From: Octopus vulgaris
Lineage: Eukaryota
Length of the DNA stretch: 64,000 nt
Direction of reading: 5' to 3'
NCBI GenBank assembly: GCA_951406725.2
Contig: OX597823.1
Span: 115,506,001-115,570,000 of the forward strand
Shown: positions 26,192-38,344 of the stretch, one piece after another
How the letters are laid out: each line of letters starts with the position of its first letter
How positions within the stretch are numbered: the first letter of the stretch is position 1
Notes under the pieces: model-generated
Told to the model about the DNA's origin: nothing
Database searches by the model: none
The model's input: the letters and a program-made list of their open reading frames with translations, nothing else
Translations under genes and position numbers: made by a program

Positions 26192-26414
26192 CACTTTTGT
26201 TACCAACCCGGCTGAAACCGGCTCTGGCTGTGTAGTATAAATGTCTTGTTTTCATAAGTTTTAAATTAAAAATCTTCCACCAAACCTTAGTCACAATTTA
26301 TGTTCCTAACACTAGCTGAATGGTAACTAAGTTATTTTACTAAATTCTTTGTTATATTTAAAATTAACTGAAAGAAACACAGAGCATCTCAACAGAAATA
26401 CAGTAATGAAAGGA
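26192..26414. mobile_element. piggyBac-type MITE family 2
   Basis: TTAA at 26188-26191 and 26415-26418; removing it restores the mariner KGCHFNTIVE; second copy at 48453-48928. Confidence 0.88.
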
Positions 26415-26579
26415 TTAAAATGGCAACCTTTGAGCTGCTTTTTCATCTTGGGGAAGAGCTGGAAGTCTGCAGGTGCTAAATCTGGTGAATAGGGCAGGTG
26501 GGGAAGTGATACCATGTTGTTTTTGGTGACAGGGTGCGTTGCCATCGGGAAGAATCCAATTCTTCGTGGTCTGCAAATC

Positions 26580-26980
26580 CTCTTTTACTTGTTTCAGTCA
26601 TTTGACTGTGGCTATACTGGAAACCGCCTTTAGGTGAGTAAATCGACCCAGGACTTATTCTTTGGAAGCCTAGTAATTATTCTATTGGTCTCTTTTGCCA
26701 AACTGCTAAGTTACAGGGACGTAAACACACCAGCATCGGTTGTCAAGCGATGTTGGGGGGACAAACACAGACACACAAACACACACACACACACATATAT
26801 ATATATACATATACATATATACAACGGGCTTCTTTCAGTTTCCTTCTACCAAATGCACTCACTAGGCTTTGGTTGGCCTGAGGCTATAGTAGAAGACACC
26901 CAAGGTGCCACGCAGTGGGACTGAACCCGAAACCATGTGATTGTTAAGCAAACTACTTACCACACAGCCACTCCTGCGCC
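26580..26980 (-). mobile_element. SINE-A inside the mariner
   Basis: Consensus match. Confidence 0.9.
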
Positions 26981-27345
26981 TATAACAGATTAGCAATCTG
27001 GTCGCTTTCACTGAATATTCTTCCTCAAATGCTTCAAAACATTGCAGTAGAATTCTTGATTGATGGTCTGGCCCTGGTGGACAAATTCTTGAGGCACAAT
27101 GCCACATTTTCAGGGGTGACATTCATGACAGGTCTTCTAGGGACGTTCATCCTCTTCCAGGTATGCTCATTGTCTTCTCGGGATGTTCTTCCACTTTTGA
27201 AGTGCCCACACCACTTGAAAGATTGTGTACAGCCCATTGCCTTGTAGCTGTAAGCTTACTGAAGCATGCCCAATGTCTCTGTAGCATACATCCCAAGTTT
27301 AATGCATAAACGCTTGATATAATGTACTGCATTTGGATCCTGATA

Positions 27346-27707
27346 TCTCTCCTGATATAAACGGCAAAATGTCTGTCTGTGTGTGTGTATCCTTTATACA
27401 AATCCACAATTTTTCAGATAGAGGGCTCACACTTTCTATGGTTATTCAAAACCGTCCAAGAGTGGTCGTGCACATCTTTAAATTTCCCCAGTAACCCCAC
27501 AAAGCCATTAAAAAATCAATAGAAGTGACTTTTTTATGAATTTTCTATCCAAAACCCAATCAAAATGCCCAAAACTTGATACACCAATTAAATGCCAGCT
27601 AGCTGTATGTGATTGGTCGGAGAGTTGGACAGTACTCGCATGTATGTGCACACGCATGCAGCTGTATATGCATGCACTAGCACTATGACCCGGCGTCATA
27701 GTGCTAG
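27346..27707 (+). mobile_element. Non-autonomous Helitron (second family) in the mariner 5' end
   Basis: A|TCTCTCCTGATATAAACG start; 3' hairpin CACTATGAC-CCGGC-GTCATAGTG then CTAG|T. Confidence 0.78.
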
Positions 27708-28741
27708 TTGCATATTATGAAGTAGACTAACACACAAACAGAATAAAGTGCATTTGAAAGAACAATAGAAAACAATATTAGTGAAATTTCAAAATATTCA
27801 ATTCCTAATAATAAAACTAATATTAATGATGGAGCTAATATTTCTCCTAATGGTCTGGGCCCTGTAAAGTAATTTGGTTTACATAACAATGTAGGATATC
27901 ATAATCTACATAGACATATTAAATGCTAGCCAAATTTCCTGTTGAACTAATGATCTAATATTTTCTTCATTTATTTTTTTAAAAATCTTTACCCTAGATA
28001 AGAGTGGAGTTGAATTCTATAGTTTATATTTCAAAATGGTTCCCTGATTAGAGGGTTCTTACAAATTTTGTAATGATTACATGATGTAAGAATTATTGAA
28101 ATAGCTGTAGGGATGAATATTTTGAAAACCCACTAATACTGCTTTTTGTTGTTCTTTCAAATATATGTGTGTGTGTGTGTGTGTGCATGCATATGTGTGT
28201 GTGTATAATAGCTACATACACATATTGTTATATATATTGTTATTAAAGGTAAATAAATGATGTAGTACAAATGAGCTGAGCAAAAAACTATGAGAAATCA
28301 GGCATAGTATGTACAGGTGTATAATGCTTATAGAGGATAAGAGCTGTATAAATAAATGCAGAATACTCAAAGGTAGTAGAAAATGGAAGTAGGAGACTCA
28401 AGAAAACATGGAATGGAGGGTGAAGACTGATCTCAGGATGCCAAGCCTAACAAAGGAGATGACAGAAGTTCATGATAATTGGTAACATGTAACATAGATG
28501 AAGACCCACACACCTGTACAAAGGTAACATAATGATTATTAAAAGAAATTTTCGTGTTGGAGACTGGGCTATACATTTGGGACCCTTGTTCAATAAATCT
28601 CTGTTAACTCTCCCGTTGTTACCTCTCTATCGCCTCTTTGATCTCTCTATTAATTATCTCTCCATCACTCACTCTTCATGACACAACTTCTCTCTCCTAT
28701 ACACTGTATCACACTCTGTTTTCTCTGTCATACACTTAGTG

Positions 28742-28779
<38 letters not shown>

Positions 28780-29866
28780 TTCTATCATTGCACTCTCTTC
28801 TATTTGCCTTTTTTGGCCATGTTACATTGAAGCGAAACGCTGAGTATGTAGCACAAGGCAACTGTAATAGTACCGATGCCATGATAAAATGTACCTTATA
28901 CCATGAAGTGGTTTACAAATAATTGGAGATGGCATAGCATACACACACATGCATGCACACACTCTTTATATACTTCTTGCTACATGGTTATTGAGGAAGT
29001 GTTCACCCATGTCAACCTTTAGTTTAACGTTGTAATTTATACTCCAAATGCTGTGCTTCCCTACATTCTACATTAAATTGTTGCTACCTGTGTTTGTGCA
29101 TTGACTTTTAGTTGGTCATTGCTCTTTGGCAAGAGAAGAATGATTGCTTTCTTCAACTGACCAGCATGTAATAATGTTAATAGTATCACAAACTTATGTA
29201 GCTTCACTGGTCTAATTTTCCGGTGTAAACTTTTTCATTCTGAAAATCGATTTTAACAAGTTGACTCTTGTAGATTCGTGTCCATGCTATGATTTCATTA
29301 TAACCTTAAAATGCAAACATTTAAGATAGTACTGCAGAATATGATGCAGAATAAATTTGAACATTTATAGACTGTAAATTAGATGAAAAGAGAATGTTAG
29401 AAGAATTAGACTCTGGAAAAACTAAAAGATTGTACTAGTTTAAAGAAATATGTTTTGGTTATTCAAAGAACAAAAACAGTAAATGAATCTTCGTTTTATG
29501 TCTACTTTTTCATTCTGGCACCAAGTGGATGGATGATCACAGTCTGAGTTCTTCTCTGCAATTACTGCCCTCCCAGAGTAGTCTAAGTTTACATGTTGGT
29601 GGTAGATTATATTTTTGGCATGATTTCTATGACTGGGTGCCCTTACCGTTACCAACCCCTTTACAGAATGTCCTAGATGCATATTTTCATGATACCGATC
29701 ATGGAAAACTATCTTACACTCTGTCCATTCATTCACCGACACCAGGGAAATTCCAAAAAATTTTAAAGAAATCCCTCTTTTCTGTGTGTTGTCTCCATTT
29801 GTTCGCTCCTTTCTTTCCCACATAATTATGTGCGAGAAAGGAGCACTTTCTATCATGCTAATAGTA

Positions 29867-30091
29867 TATATTTCTTTACTACCCACAAGAGGCTAAACAC
29901 AGAGAGGACAAACAAGGACAGACAAACAGATTAAGTCGATTATATCGACCCCAGTGCATAACTGGTACTTATTTAATTGACCCCGAAAGGATGAAAGGCA
30001 AAGTCGACCTCGGCGGAATTTGAACTCAGAACGTAGTAGCAGACGAAATACCGCTAAGAATTTCGCTCGGCGTGCTAATGTTTCTGCCATC
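29867..30091 (-). mobile_element. SINE-B with 14-bp TSD
   Basis: TCATGCTAATAGTA at 29853-29866 and 30092-30105. Confidence 0.92.
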
Positions 30092-30229
30092 TCATGCTAA
30101 TAGTACCAGGGGCAGAATAGTCTGTGATTGGATTAAAACATCCCATCTCCATTCATCAGTCTATTTTGATGCATTTTACCTTGTAGCAGCTGACAGACCA
30201 ACATATTAGGCTTGATGCCAGAGGTGGAG

Positions 30230-30530
30230 TTTAACTAACTAAAGCTATCATATCTATGTTGTAGTGAAAACCACTGGGTATAAGTAGTTATCTGTATCAG
30301 TCTGTCAGACAGTGTTGATATAGCCATAGAACTATATGGTATGGTACAGGAGTTGTCCAGTATTTCATACAAAGTCTTACCATGTTCATTAGTGGAGAGC
30401 CTTTGTTTGGGTGAAAGAGCAAATAATTGTCCCCGACATTGTCTGTCAGGAATATTATTTGGCATACATGTTGGCATGGTATAGAATATAAACATTTAAA
30501 CATCATCACTCTCTTTAAAAATCCTGTCAC
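30230..30530 (-). pseudogene. Possible ancient LINE RT fragment
   Basis: PVPYHIVLWLYQHCLTD weakly resembles the RT motif GVP...WI..FLTDR. Confidence 0.3.
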
Positions 30531-30624
30531 ATTTCACATAGAATTTTTGGTCCTACTAAGTCGTCTTGATGTATAAGTTGACCTACTTCCTTGGCTGTAA
30601 ATTTTGGTCTGTAAATATCTCAAA

Positions 30625-30791
30625 GCACCCACTACACTCACGGAGGGGTTGGCATTAGGAAGGGCATCCAGCTGTAGAAACACTGCCAGATCAGACTGGG
30701 CCTGGTGCAGCCTCCTGGTTTCTCAGACCCTGGTCGAACCATCTAACCCATGCTAGCATCGAAAGCAGACGTTAAACGATGATGATGATGA
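30625..30791 (+). mobile_element. RTE LINE 3' end
   Basis: GGTTGGCATTAGGAAGGGCATCCAGCTGTAGAAAC..GACGTTAAAC(GAT)n. Confidence 0.88.
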
Positions 30792-30829
30792 TATGCCAGA
30801 AAATATGGTACACGCACATCATTACTCTT

Positions 30830-31025
30830 CAACTTCCATGATTTCCTGCATAGTAGCAACAACCAGACATAGGATTGTAGAATCCCATGAAACTTTTCAT
30901 CCAGGTTGATGGATACCAGATCGACTGACTTATTCCAAGCTATGTACTTCTCCTGAGGTTTTCCAATTAGAAAGATGGCAGTCCATTGTGTCGATGCCAA
31001 AAATGAACCACACTTCATCTAGTGT
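30830..31025 (-). pseudogene. Decayed RTE reverse transcriptase fragment
   Basis: KCGSFLASTQWTAIFLIGKPQEKYIAWNKSVDLVSINLDEKFH aligns by eye to QCGF...TDAIF..RQLQEKY...NK......DLEKAFD. Confidence 0.6.
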
Positions 31026-31045
31026 CATGTTTCTCCTAATATGTA

Positions 31046-31260
31046 GGCAGTGACCTGGCAGAATTGTTAGCATGCTGGGCAGATGCTTAGTAGGATTTCA
31101 TCTATCTCAACATTCTGAGTTCAAATCATGCTGACTCTGACTTTACCTATGATCCCTTCAGAGCTGATAAAATAGGTACCAGTTAAGCACTGGGGTTAAT
31201 TTAATCAACTTGGCTCCTCCTTTAAAACTGCTGACCTCATGCTAAAATTTGAAACCAATA
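31046..31260 (+). mobile_element. Old SINE-B variant
   Basis: GGCAGTGACCTGGCAGAATTGTTAG..GAGTTCAAAT..AAAATTTGAAACCAA. Confidence 0.8.
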
Positions 31261-31437
31261 TCTAGAGGTACTAGGCTCATTCCAAGGAATTAGCTATTTA
31301 GAGGAAAGACAACTGGTCAAAAATAGCAAAAAAAATATAATTAATTTTAAAGATAGAATTAATTTGAAACTATAACTTGAATGATTGGTAGCTGTTGGTA
31401 ATAATAAATGTTTGTTTATAAATGATGGTAATATATA

Positions 31438-31848
31438 GGCGCAGGAGTTGCTGTGTGGTAAGTAGCTTACTTACCAACCACTTGGTTCTGAGTTCAGTCC
31501 CACTGTATGGCACCTTGGGCAAGTGTCTTCTACTATAGCCTCGGGCCAACAAAAGCCTTTGTGAGTGGATTTGGTAGACAGAAACTGAAAGAAGCCCGTC
31601 GTATATATGTATACGTATATATATATAGGTGTGTATGTCTGTGTTTGTCCCCCCCCTAACATCGCTTGACAACCGATGCTGGTGTGTTTACATCCCTTAA
31701 CTTAGTGGTTCTGGGTTCAGCACAACTGCAAAAGAAACCGATGGAATAGGCTTGCAAAGAATAAGTCCTGGGGTCGATTTGCTCGACTAAAGGCGGTGCT
31801 CCAGCATGGCCACAGTCAAATGACTGAAACAAGTAAAAGAGTAAAGAG
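31438..31848 (+). mobile_element. SINE-A full length
   Basis: Consensus match. Confidence 0.9.
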
Positions 31849-31949
31849 TATATAGTTTTTTGGGGTTTTAATAGTTTAAGGTACTCGTTGAGGCTCTCCT
31901 GTTACTTGTAATCTAGAATATTAGCTGGTGTTGTTGACAGGCCCCTAGT

Positions 31950-32770
31950 TAGTTGATATTTCACAAACAGAGAAATAACACACAAAATATTTGACAGTGA
32001 CTCATACATTCCATCTGCTAATTTTACTAAGCATCACACTGGGATTGTATTCTTAATAACTTTCCAGAAATCTCAATCTGTTTCAATAAAGGCAGCTTGT
32101 GTTGATTGCGGCATGCATTGTGCATACATGGAATATGAGATGGAAAATGACTTCAATAAAATTGTGCTAGCAGCATCATTTCCTAATGAAGTCATTCCAA
32201 CTTTACTTACTTGAATATGAACATAGAATATTCATCTAAAAATCTGTTTTTGTTGATAATTAATATTTTATTTCTTGTAATTGCTAGATGTTTTTCCATA
32301 TTTGTTAAGTTATTCTTCACATATTCCACTCAGTAAAGGAGAGAATTGGCGTTCTGAGGATCGGTAGATCAACAGGAATAAGTGGACAGAAGAGAAATAA
32401 GTAGAAATAAAGTAAAATATAAAAAGGAAGGAAAAAAATCAAGAACTGGATAGTTTGATTATACTCAAGTATGTCTGCTTCTGTTCAGCTAGAAACACCA
32501 GAAGCAAAACAAGGAAATCTAGGATATTCAGAAAATAGATTTTTTTGAAAGCTTTCTAGTAGGAGTGGAACAAAGATTTCAACCAATGAACACACCTTTG
32601 GCAAGTAGCAAATGAATTGTTTATTGAGTTTGACTGCATTTAATGCAGACTTTGACATCAATGTGGTTTCTATAGCGATAACAGCAGATTCGTTTAGCAA
32701 TGTAAAGGACATATGGCTTTTGGGGGGACATGGTGTATCAAAGGTGTTGTTAATATTGGTGAAAAGCCTT
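31950..32770 (-). pseudogene. Probable ancient hAT transposase relic
   Basis: PPKSHMSFTLLNE.., LFSEYPRFPCFA.. and DFWKVIKNTIPV*CLVKLADG occur in the order of the hAT motifs PS....S..LL, YP.I...PC.AH and FW......P...L...DG; stops present. Confidence 0.35.
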
Positions 32771-33481
32771 ACAACAAAGAATGGGATTAAAATAAAAATC
32801 TAAGGTTGCTATTTTTATTGCATTTAATGCTGATCCAATCCCAAGAACTTTCATTTCTGTAAACAGTCAACTGAACATATAAAGATCCAATCTATAAACA
32901 TTAAATAATCCGAAAAGGCATGTACACTGCCATCTTGTCTCTTCAGCTTAACCTCTTTGCCTCTTTTGAACATGTTTATGACTGATGCGCGTTCATATAT
33001 GCATGTGTATTCTTACTTTGGTAAACACGGAGTCTCACACATTTGCACACAGCGTTAAAATATTCTTATATTTTTACATTCATAAGCATGCATGTTCGCA
33101 ATATTTGCATGCAGCATTCAAATGGACAGCCACGGATTTTCAAGCATGAAAACATGTGGTCATATTTCTATTTGTAAAAAGCTGCATGCAAATGCAACAA
33201 CGTGCCTCTAAATCTATTTCCTTGTGCAAACAGAAGATAATTGTGACCTTCTTTATGAACACTCTGTACAATCAATGTCCATAATAACCGGAATCTCTTA
33301 ATATCGCAACATTTATGCATGAAAGCAACTCAATGTATTGCTTTGTTGTTGGAATGTCCTCAGTTGTATCTGTTTACTGGGCTTATATAAAACATGCAAT
33401 AACTTGATTCAAATTCATTTAATGTTCACAAATCTATTATCTCAATTGTGTTAAAAAGACAATTTTTTTTTATTGTATACA

Positions 33482-33693
33482 AGCAGAGATATCTGGCATT
33501 GCTCGGGATTAAAATGGCATAGTTTTTTTTAATCTTTCACTTGTCTCAGTCATTTCACTGTGGCCATGCTGGAGCACCACATTTTGTTGAACAACTCGAC
33601 CCCAGCACTTATTCTATCGGTCTCTTTCATTGAACCACTAAGTTACAGGGGCGTAAACACACCAACATCAGCTGTCAAGCGATGGTGGGAGTA

Positions 33694-33747
<54 letters not shown>

Positions 33748-33830
33748 GATACACTTATATACAATGGGTTTCTTTTAGTTTCTGTCTACCAAATCCACTC
33801 ACAAGGCTTTGGTCAGCCTGAGGCTATAGT
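33482..33830 (-). mobile_element. Helitron 3' stub (33482-33530) and partial SINE-A (33533-33830)
   Basis: AGCAGAGATA..GGGATT.AAATGGCATAGTTTTT matches 1146-1190; the SINE part matches the consensus. Confidence 0.75.
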
Positions 33831-33897
33831 ATATGCATATATATATATATGTACACAAACACCTATCTGTCTGTCTGTCTGTCTGTATATATATATA

Positions 33898-34115
33898 TAT
33901 ATACAATATTTAGAGGACTGACCACTAAAAATGGACAGCCTATATGCTAGATATAGATGTCAAAATCTATATTTAGCATATAGGCTGTCCATTTTTTTAG
34001 TGGTCAGTCCTCTAAATTTTGTATGTAAAAAAATTTTTAATCTTCAGATTAAAAAAAATATGTTAGGCCACTGGTTTTAATTGATTAATATCAATTTGTA
34101 CCCTTATTTAATTAC
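33898..34115. repeat. Fold-back element: ~57-bp arms, 6-nt loop, then unique tail; related piece at 44010-44100
   Basis: ATTTAGAGGACTGACCACTAAAAATGGACAGCCTATATGCTA and its reverse complement. Confidence 0.85.
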
Positions 34116-34153
<38 letters not shown>

Positions 34154-34226
34154 GTATAATAATAATAACAACAACAACATCGAAATATAACTTAGGAATG
34201 AGAACCCAGGTTCGAAATTTCCACAA

Positions 34227-34272
34227 GACACCTGATAAAGGCTGGAGGATATATCAGCCGAAATGTTGTGTT
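34227..34272 (+). ncRNA. Degenerate minimal type I hammerhead ribozyme motif in a short Penelope-like element (~34170-34340)
   Basis: GACAC-CTGATAA-A-GGCTG..CAGCC-GAA-ATGT-T-GTGTT; helices I and II pair; two deviations from CTGATGA/GAAACGT. Confidence 0.55.
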
Positions 34273-34767
34273 AATAAACAAGATGAGGACAAATATCCGT
34301 CAAATGTACATAATTCCTCATCTCTTAAATATAGAACTGTATTCTTATTCTAGTTGCTACACTCTCAGAGCAACAACCCCCACTACAGATTTGGTCGCCT
34401 AGGTAGCAGAAGGTATTAACTACTTTTAGTTTCTCCCCTCCCCCCCCAGCATGTGATGGAATCTGTTTTCTGTACATCTTCAGTGATTATTGCCCTTGTG
34501 CATCTTCCACACACAAAAACTATTTTCCCGGTTAACTTTCCGTTGATATTGCTGCACCTTCTATGTGTCCATAGCTTACACCAGGTATATCTTATGGATT
34601 TCTTCCCAAGCTTTTTCTACAGATTGAGCAGGGCCGTGTATCTGAAGATTTTGTGATTTGGTAGCCTTCCTACTTACTAAATCTAAATAATCTACATGCT
34701 CGAATCCAGTGGTCCTGGTCCATTTTGGACATTACTCTGACTATGTCAGCTTTCAAAGAATCTTTGA

Positions 34768-35443
34768 AACTATAACAGTTGCAGGAAATTTTGTATGCAT
34801 AACACTTGGAACTTCAGAAGGGTTTGCACACAACCATTTGTCATTTCTTCTGTTAACTTTTTAATCTTGGTTGAAGTTTTTCTCACTTGAGAAAAATCAA
34901 ATCAAATCTTCTGCTGGATTTTTCATTTTGCTTAAGAGCATTTTAGATCTGATGTAGTGATTTTCTTTGCTTTTCCTAACAAATTGACATTCCCTCTTCA
35001 TATAAGACTTATATCTGATGTCTTTGTGGGCAACATTTCTGACTGTGCCTTCTGACACATAGAGACCTTTTGCAATTGACTTTATGGTCTTTCTCTTATT
35101 ATAATCAACGGTCTGTTGAACTTGCTGGATAAATTCAGGTGTTCTGATGATTTCAGAGCATTTAGAAAGCTTTTTATGCTTTGATACTGGTGATACATTT
35201 TCATCTTCAGTCTCTAGCTCCTTACAAACTTTATAGATGAAAGATCTGGCCTTTTTTAAAAATCGAGATATTTCTAAATCGCTATGCTCAGCCTTTATAA
35301 CCACAATAACAGCATGCCTCTTCATTTCTTGAGTAAGCTGAGGGTCTGCCATTATTATTTTCTGAAACAAAGATTATACAGTGTTAGCAAAAAATGCAAC
35401 AATGACCCAGAAAAGGCATGTCCTCAAATACTTTACACGCCTG
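34768..35443 (-). mobile_element. maT/DD37D Tc1-like transposon, 5' half
   Basis: EMKRHAVIVVIKAEHSDLEISRFLK.. is homologous to 58034-58360; continues FFSSEKNF..NRRNDKWLC..HTKFPATV; TIR-like TGTCCTCAAATACTTTACACGCCTG. Confidence 0.85.
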
Positions 35444-35450
35444 CTGCACT

Positions 35451-35600
35451 TGTAGCCACTAAACCTTTTTTATTTTCTCCCCCAGTTTATTTCTGTGTTC
35501 GAAACGTCAAAGACCTTCTCACTTCTCTAGTGTTAAACTAATACATCTGTTTGTTGTTTAAACACCCGTCTTCGTCTTTTATTTTTTGTAAATTCTCATT
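35451..35600 (+). mobile_element. Family P3 short element with the hammerhead core deleted
   Basis: GTAGCCACTA..TCTGTGTTCGAAACGTCAAAGAC..CTAATACATCTGTTTGTT shared with 53735-53922. Confidence 0.6.
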
Positions 35601-35976
35601 ATATATGTGTGTGTGTATGCGGTCACAGGAGTGTGAAGAAAGAACTCTGACCGAAATAAGATTAAGATTAATGTAAAAAATAAATAACGCTGAAGCAAAG
35701 TAACACCAAATATATAGTGCGTGTGTTTTTATTGGCTAAACTGGCAAAATGACCATTCCTAAATACAACAATATCTATTTCAACACACGATTTCACATTA
35801 AGAATCTTGCAAAACAAATATATAAACATATATACATATATATATATATATATTTATATATACATACATATATATATATACGTATGTATATATACATATA
35901 CACACACACACATATATATATACATATATACATATAAATATATATAAATATATATATATATATGCATATACATATA

Positions 35977-37246
35977 CGAGGGGTATTCAATAAGTAATGC
36001 CCCTGACCCACTTCCCATAGCAGTAGAGCAACGACACTTGGCACAGTTATTAGTCTTTTCCTACATAGGAACCACCCAGAGTTATGCATTTCTCCCATCG
36101 TTTGATACAGCTCTGGAGACCGTTTTTGTAGAAGACCCCAGCTTGGTCCTCCAACCACGACGTAACTTCAGAAATCAAGGCTGCATCATCTGAGAAACGC
36201 TTTCCTTTCAAAATCAACTTCATGGCTGGGAAGAGGTGAAAATCAGAGGGTGCAAGGGGAGGAGTTCATAGCTGCACGCCTGTGCTTCTGATCTGGCGAC
36301 ACGCGAGTTGTAGACCGGAGCGTTGTCCTGCAGGAGGAGGATGCCTTTGCTGATCTTGCTCCGCCTCTTGATTTTGATAGCTTCTCTTAATTTTCTCAAA
36401 AGTGAAGCATAATAGGCTCCTGTAATTGTGGTACCCTTTGCCAGGAAATCTGTCATCACTACTCAGTCCTGGTCCCAGAAGACTGTGAGCATAACCTTGT
36501 CAGCGGAGGGCTGCACCCTTGCCTTCTTTGGAGGAGGTGAGTCACGGTGCTTTCACCGCATTGACTGGGCTTTGGTCTATGGATCATAGTGATGGACCCA
36601 GGTTTTATCTTGTGTGATCAGTCTTTTGAAAAATTTTGACTCATCTTCTTGGCACATCTCCAAATTCATCCTCGAGCACTCAACGCGTTCTTGCTTCTGG
36701 AAAAGTGTGAGCAACCTGGAAATCCATCTGGCAGACACCTTTTGCATATGCAAATGGTCATGAATGATAGTTTCCACAGACCCGGTACTAATCTTGACCT
36801 TATGGGCTATTTGGCGAATAGTTATGCGTTGACCTTCCAAAATGGCAGCCTCAACTTGACGGACAGACGTCTCATCAATGGCAGAAGGGGGCGACCAGAT
36901 CTGGGAGCTGTTTCCACAGAGTTCCAACTATGTTTGAATTCACAATGCCAGCGTTTTACAAGGTCATATGATGGGGCATCATCACCATAAGTTACTTTCA
37001 TTTCATCAAAAGTCTCCCGTGGTGTGCGTCCTTTCAAATACAAAAACCAGATCACTGCTCGACACTCAACAGGCTCCATTTCACACTTGACTCGGTTCAA
37101 ACACCTGTAAATCAGAAACTACAATTAGTTCAGAGCTGTAATTCGCCACTTAATCTATAGAGGTATAAATAAGTGCACATGCAAAATTTCAGCTAGATCA
37201 AACAACTGCAAGTGGGTCAGGGGCATTACTTATTGAACGCCCCTCG
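35977..37246 (-). mobile_element. Full-length mariner (DD34D type), transposase frameshifted
   Basis: 37-bp TIRs identical at 35/37 (CGAGGGG[TA/CG]TTCAATAAGTAATGCCCCTGACCCACTT); TA on both sides; 1270 bp; ECRAVIWFLYLKG, KVSARWISRLL, ITQDKTWVHHYDP, LLQDNAPV. Confidence 0.95.
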
Positions 37247-37464
37247 TATATATATATATATATACATACATATATATACATAAATATATATTTATACATA
37301 TACACACACACACACACTCACACACATATATACACATTAAGTGGTTGACTAGTCCTTATACAGAATACACCTTAGATCCATCATGGCATTTGATGTCACT
37401 TTTAAATCCAGAAAATGTTTTGAAAAGACACATTGCATATCCGATTTGAACCTCACATATATTT

Positions 37465-37508
<44 letters not shown>

Positions 37509-38344
37509 GTGTGTGTGTATGTGTATGTGTATTATATATATATATATATGAATACACACATATATTCAAAAAGAAGTCAATTTGTAGATAAAACTTACAA
37601 ACCCCATTTGAGCGTATAAAGCTCTGGAAGAAAATAGCTTGAGTGAAAAAACTTGGGCCACTTTAGGATAGCTTTGTACAGTGCCACTCAGTTGGCATGG
37701 CTGAAATCTCATTGGTTAATAATAAAGACTTATCAGCTGTATGTGGCCCATAGCAGTCATGCATGTGCGTGCACAACTGCAGGAACAACATTTTTCGATA
37801 CAGGGAGAAATGTAAATAGTGTATTTAAATAGACTGATTGCAAAAATTTTTAAATAAGTAAAGTACTGTTGTAGGGAGAAAGTACAGATGCTGTAAAGAC
37901 GAGAATATCTACGCATGGCAAAATTGAAATACACTCGACTCAATTTTTAGGCAGATATGGCAAAACTGAATTTAAGCACACTGGATGAGCAAAAATTAAA
38001 AATAACTAAATTATTTTTCAGGGAGAATGTACAAAAACCATAACAACAGAGAGTTTTACGCACAACTAATTAAAATACACTGAATCAATTTGTAGACAGA
38101 AGTTAGTGTGTGAGTGAGTTAAAGAGAGTGAGAGGGAGAGAAAGAGGGAGAGTGAAAGAAACAGATATTGACTAAAAGAGAGTAACTATTGCAGAGGGTG
38201 AGAGAGAATGTGTGTAAGCAAGAGAAACATGGAATGAAAAAAAGAGAGTGAAGTGAGCAATGAACAGATAGGAGAAAGGGGAGAATCAGTTGAAAATTGC
38301 AGAAGTTTTAGAGAAAAACATGTGTAAAACACATTTTTATTCTG

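Larger units (their letters stand above)
25976..27720 (-). mobile_element. Decayed mariner transposon with three nested insertions
   Basis: Fragments KLGMYATETLGMLQ..MGCTQSFKWCGHFKSGRTSRED, LPHLPYSPDLAPADFQLFPKMKKQLKGCHF|NTIVEIQIESQKVL..FQEWQER; TA-TGAGGTGGTATTAAAA end. Confidence 0.85.
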
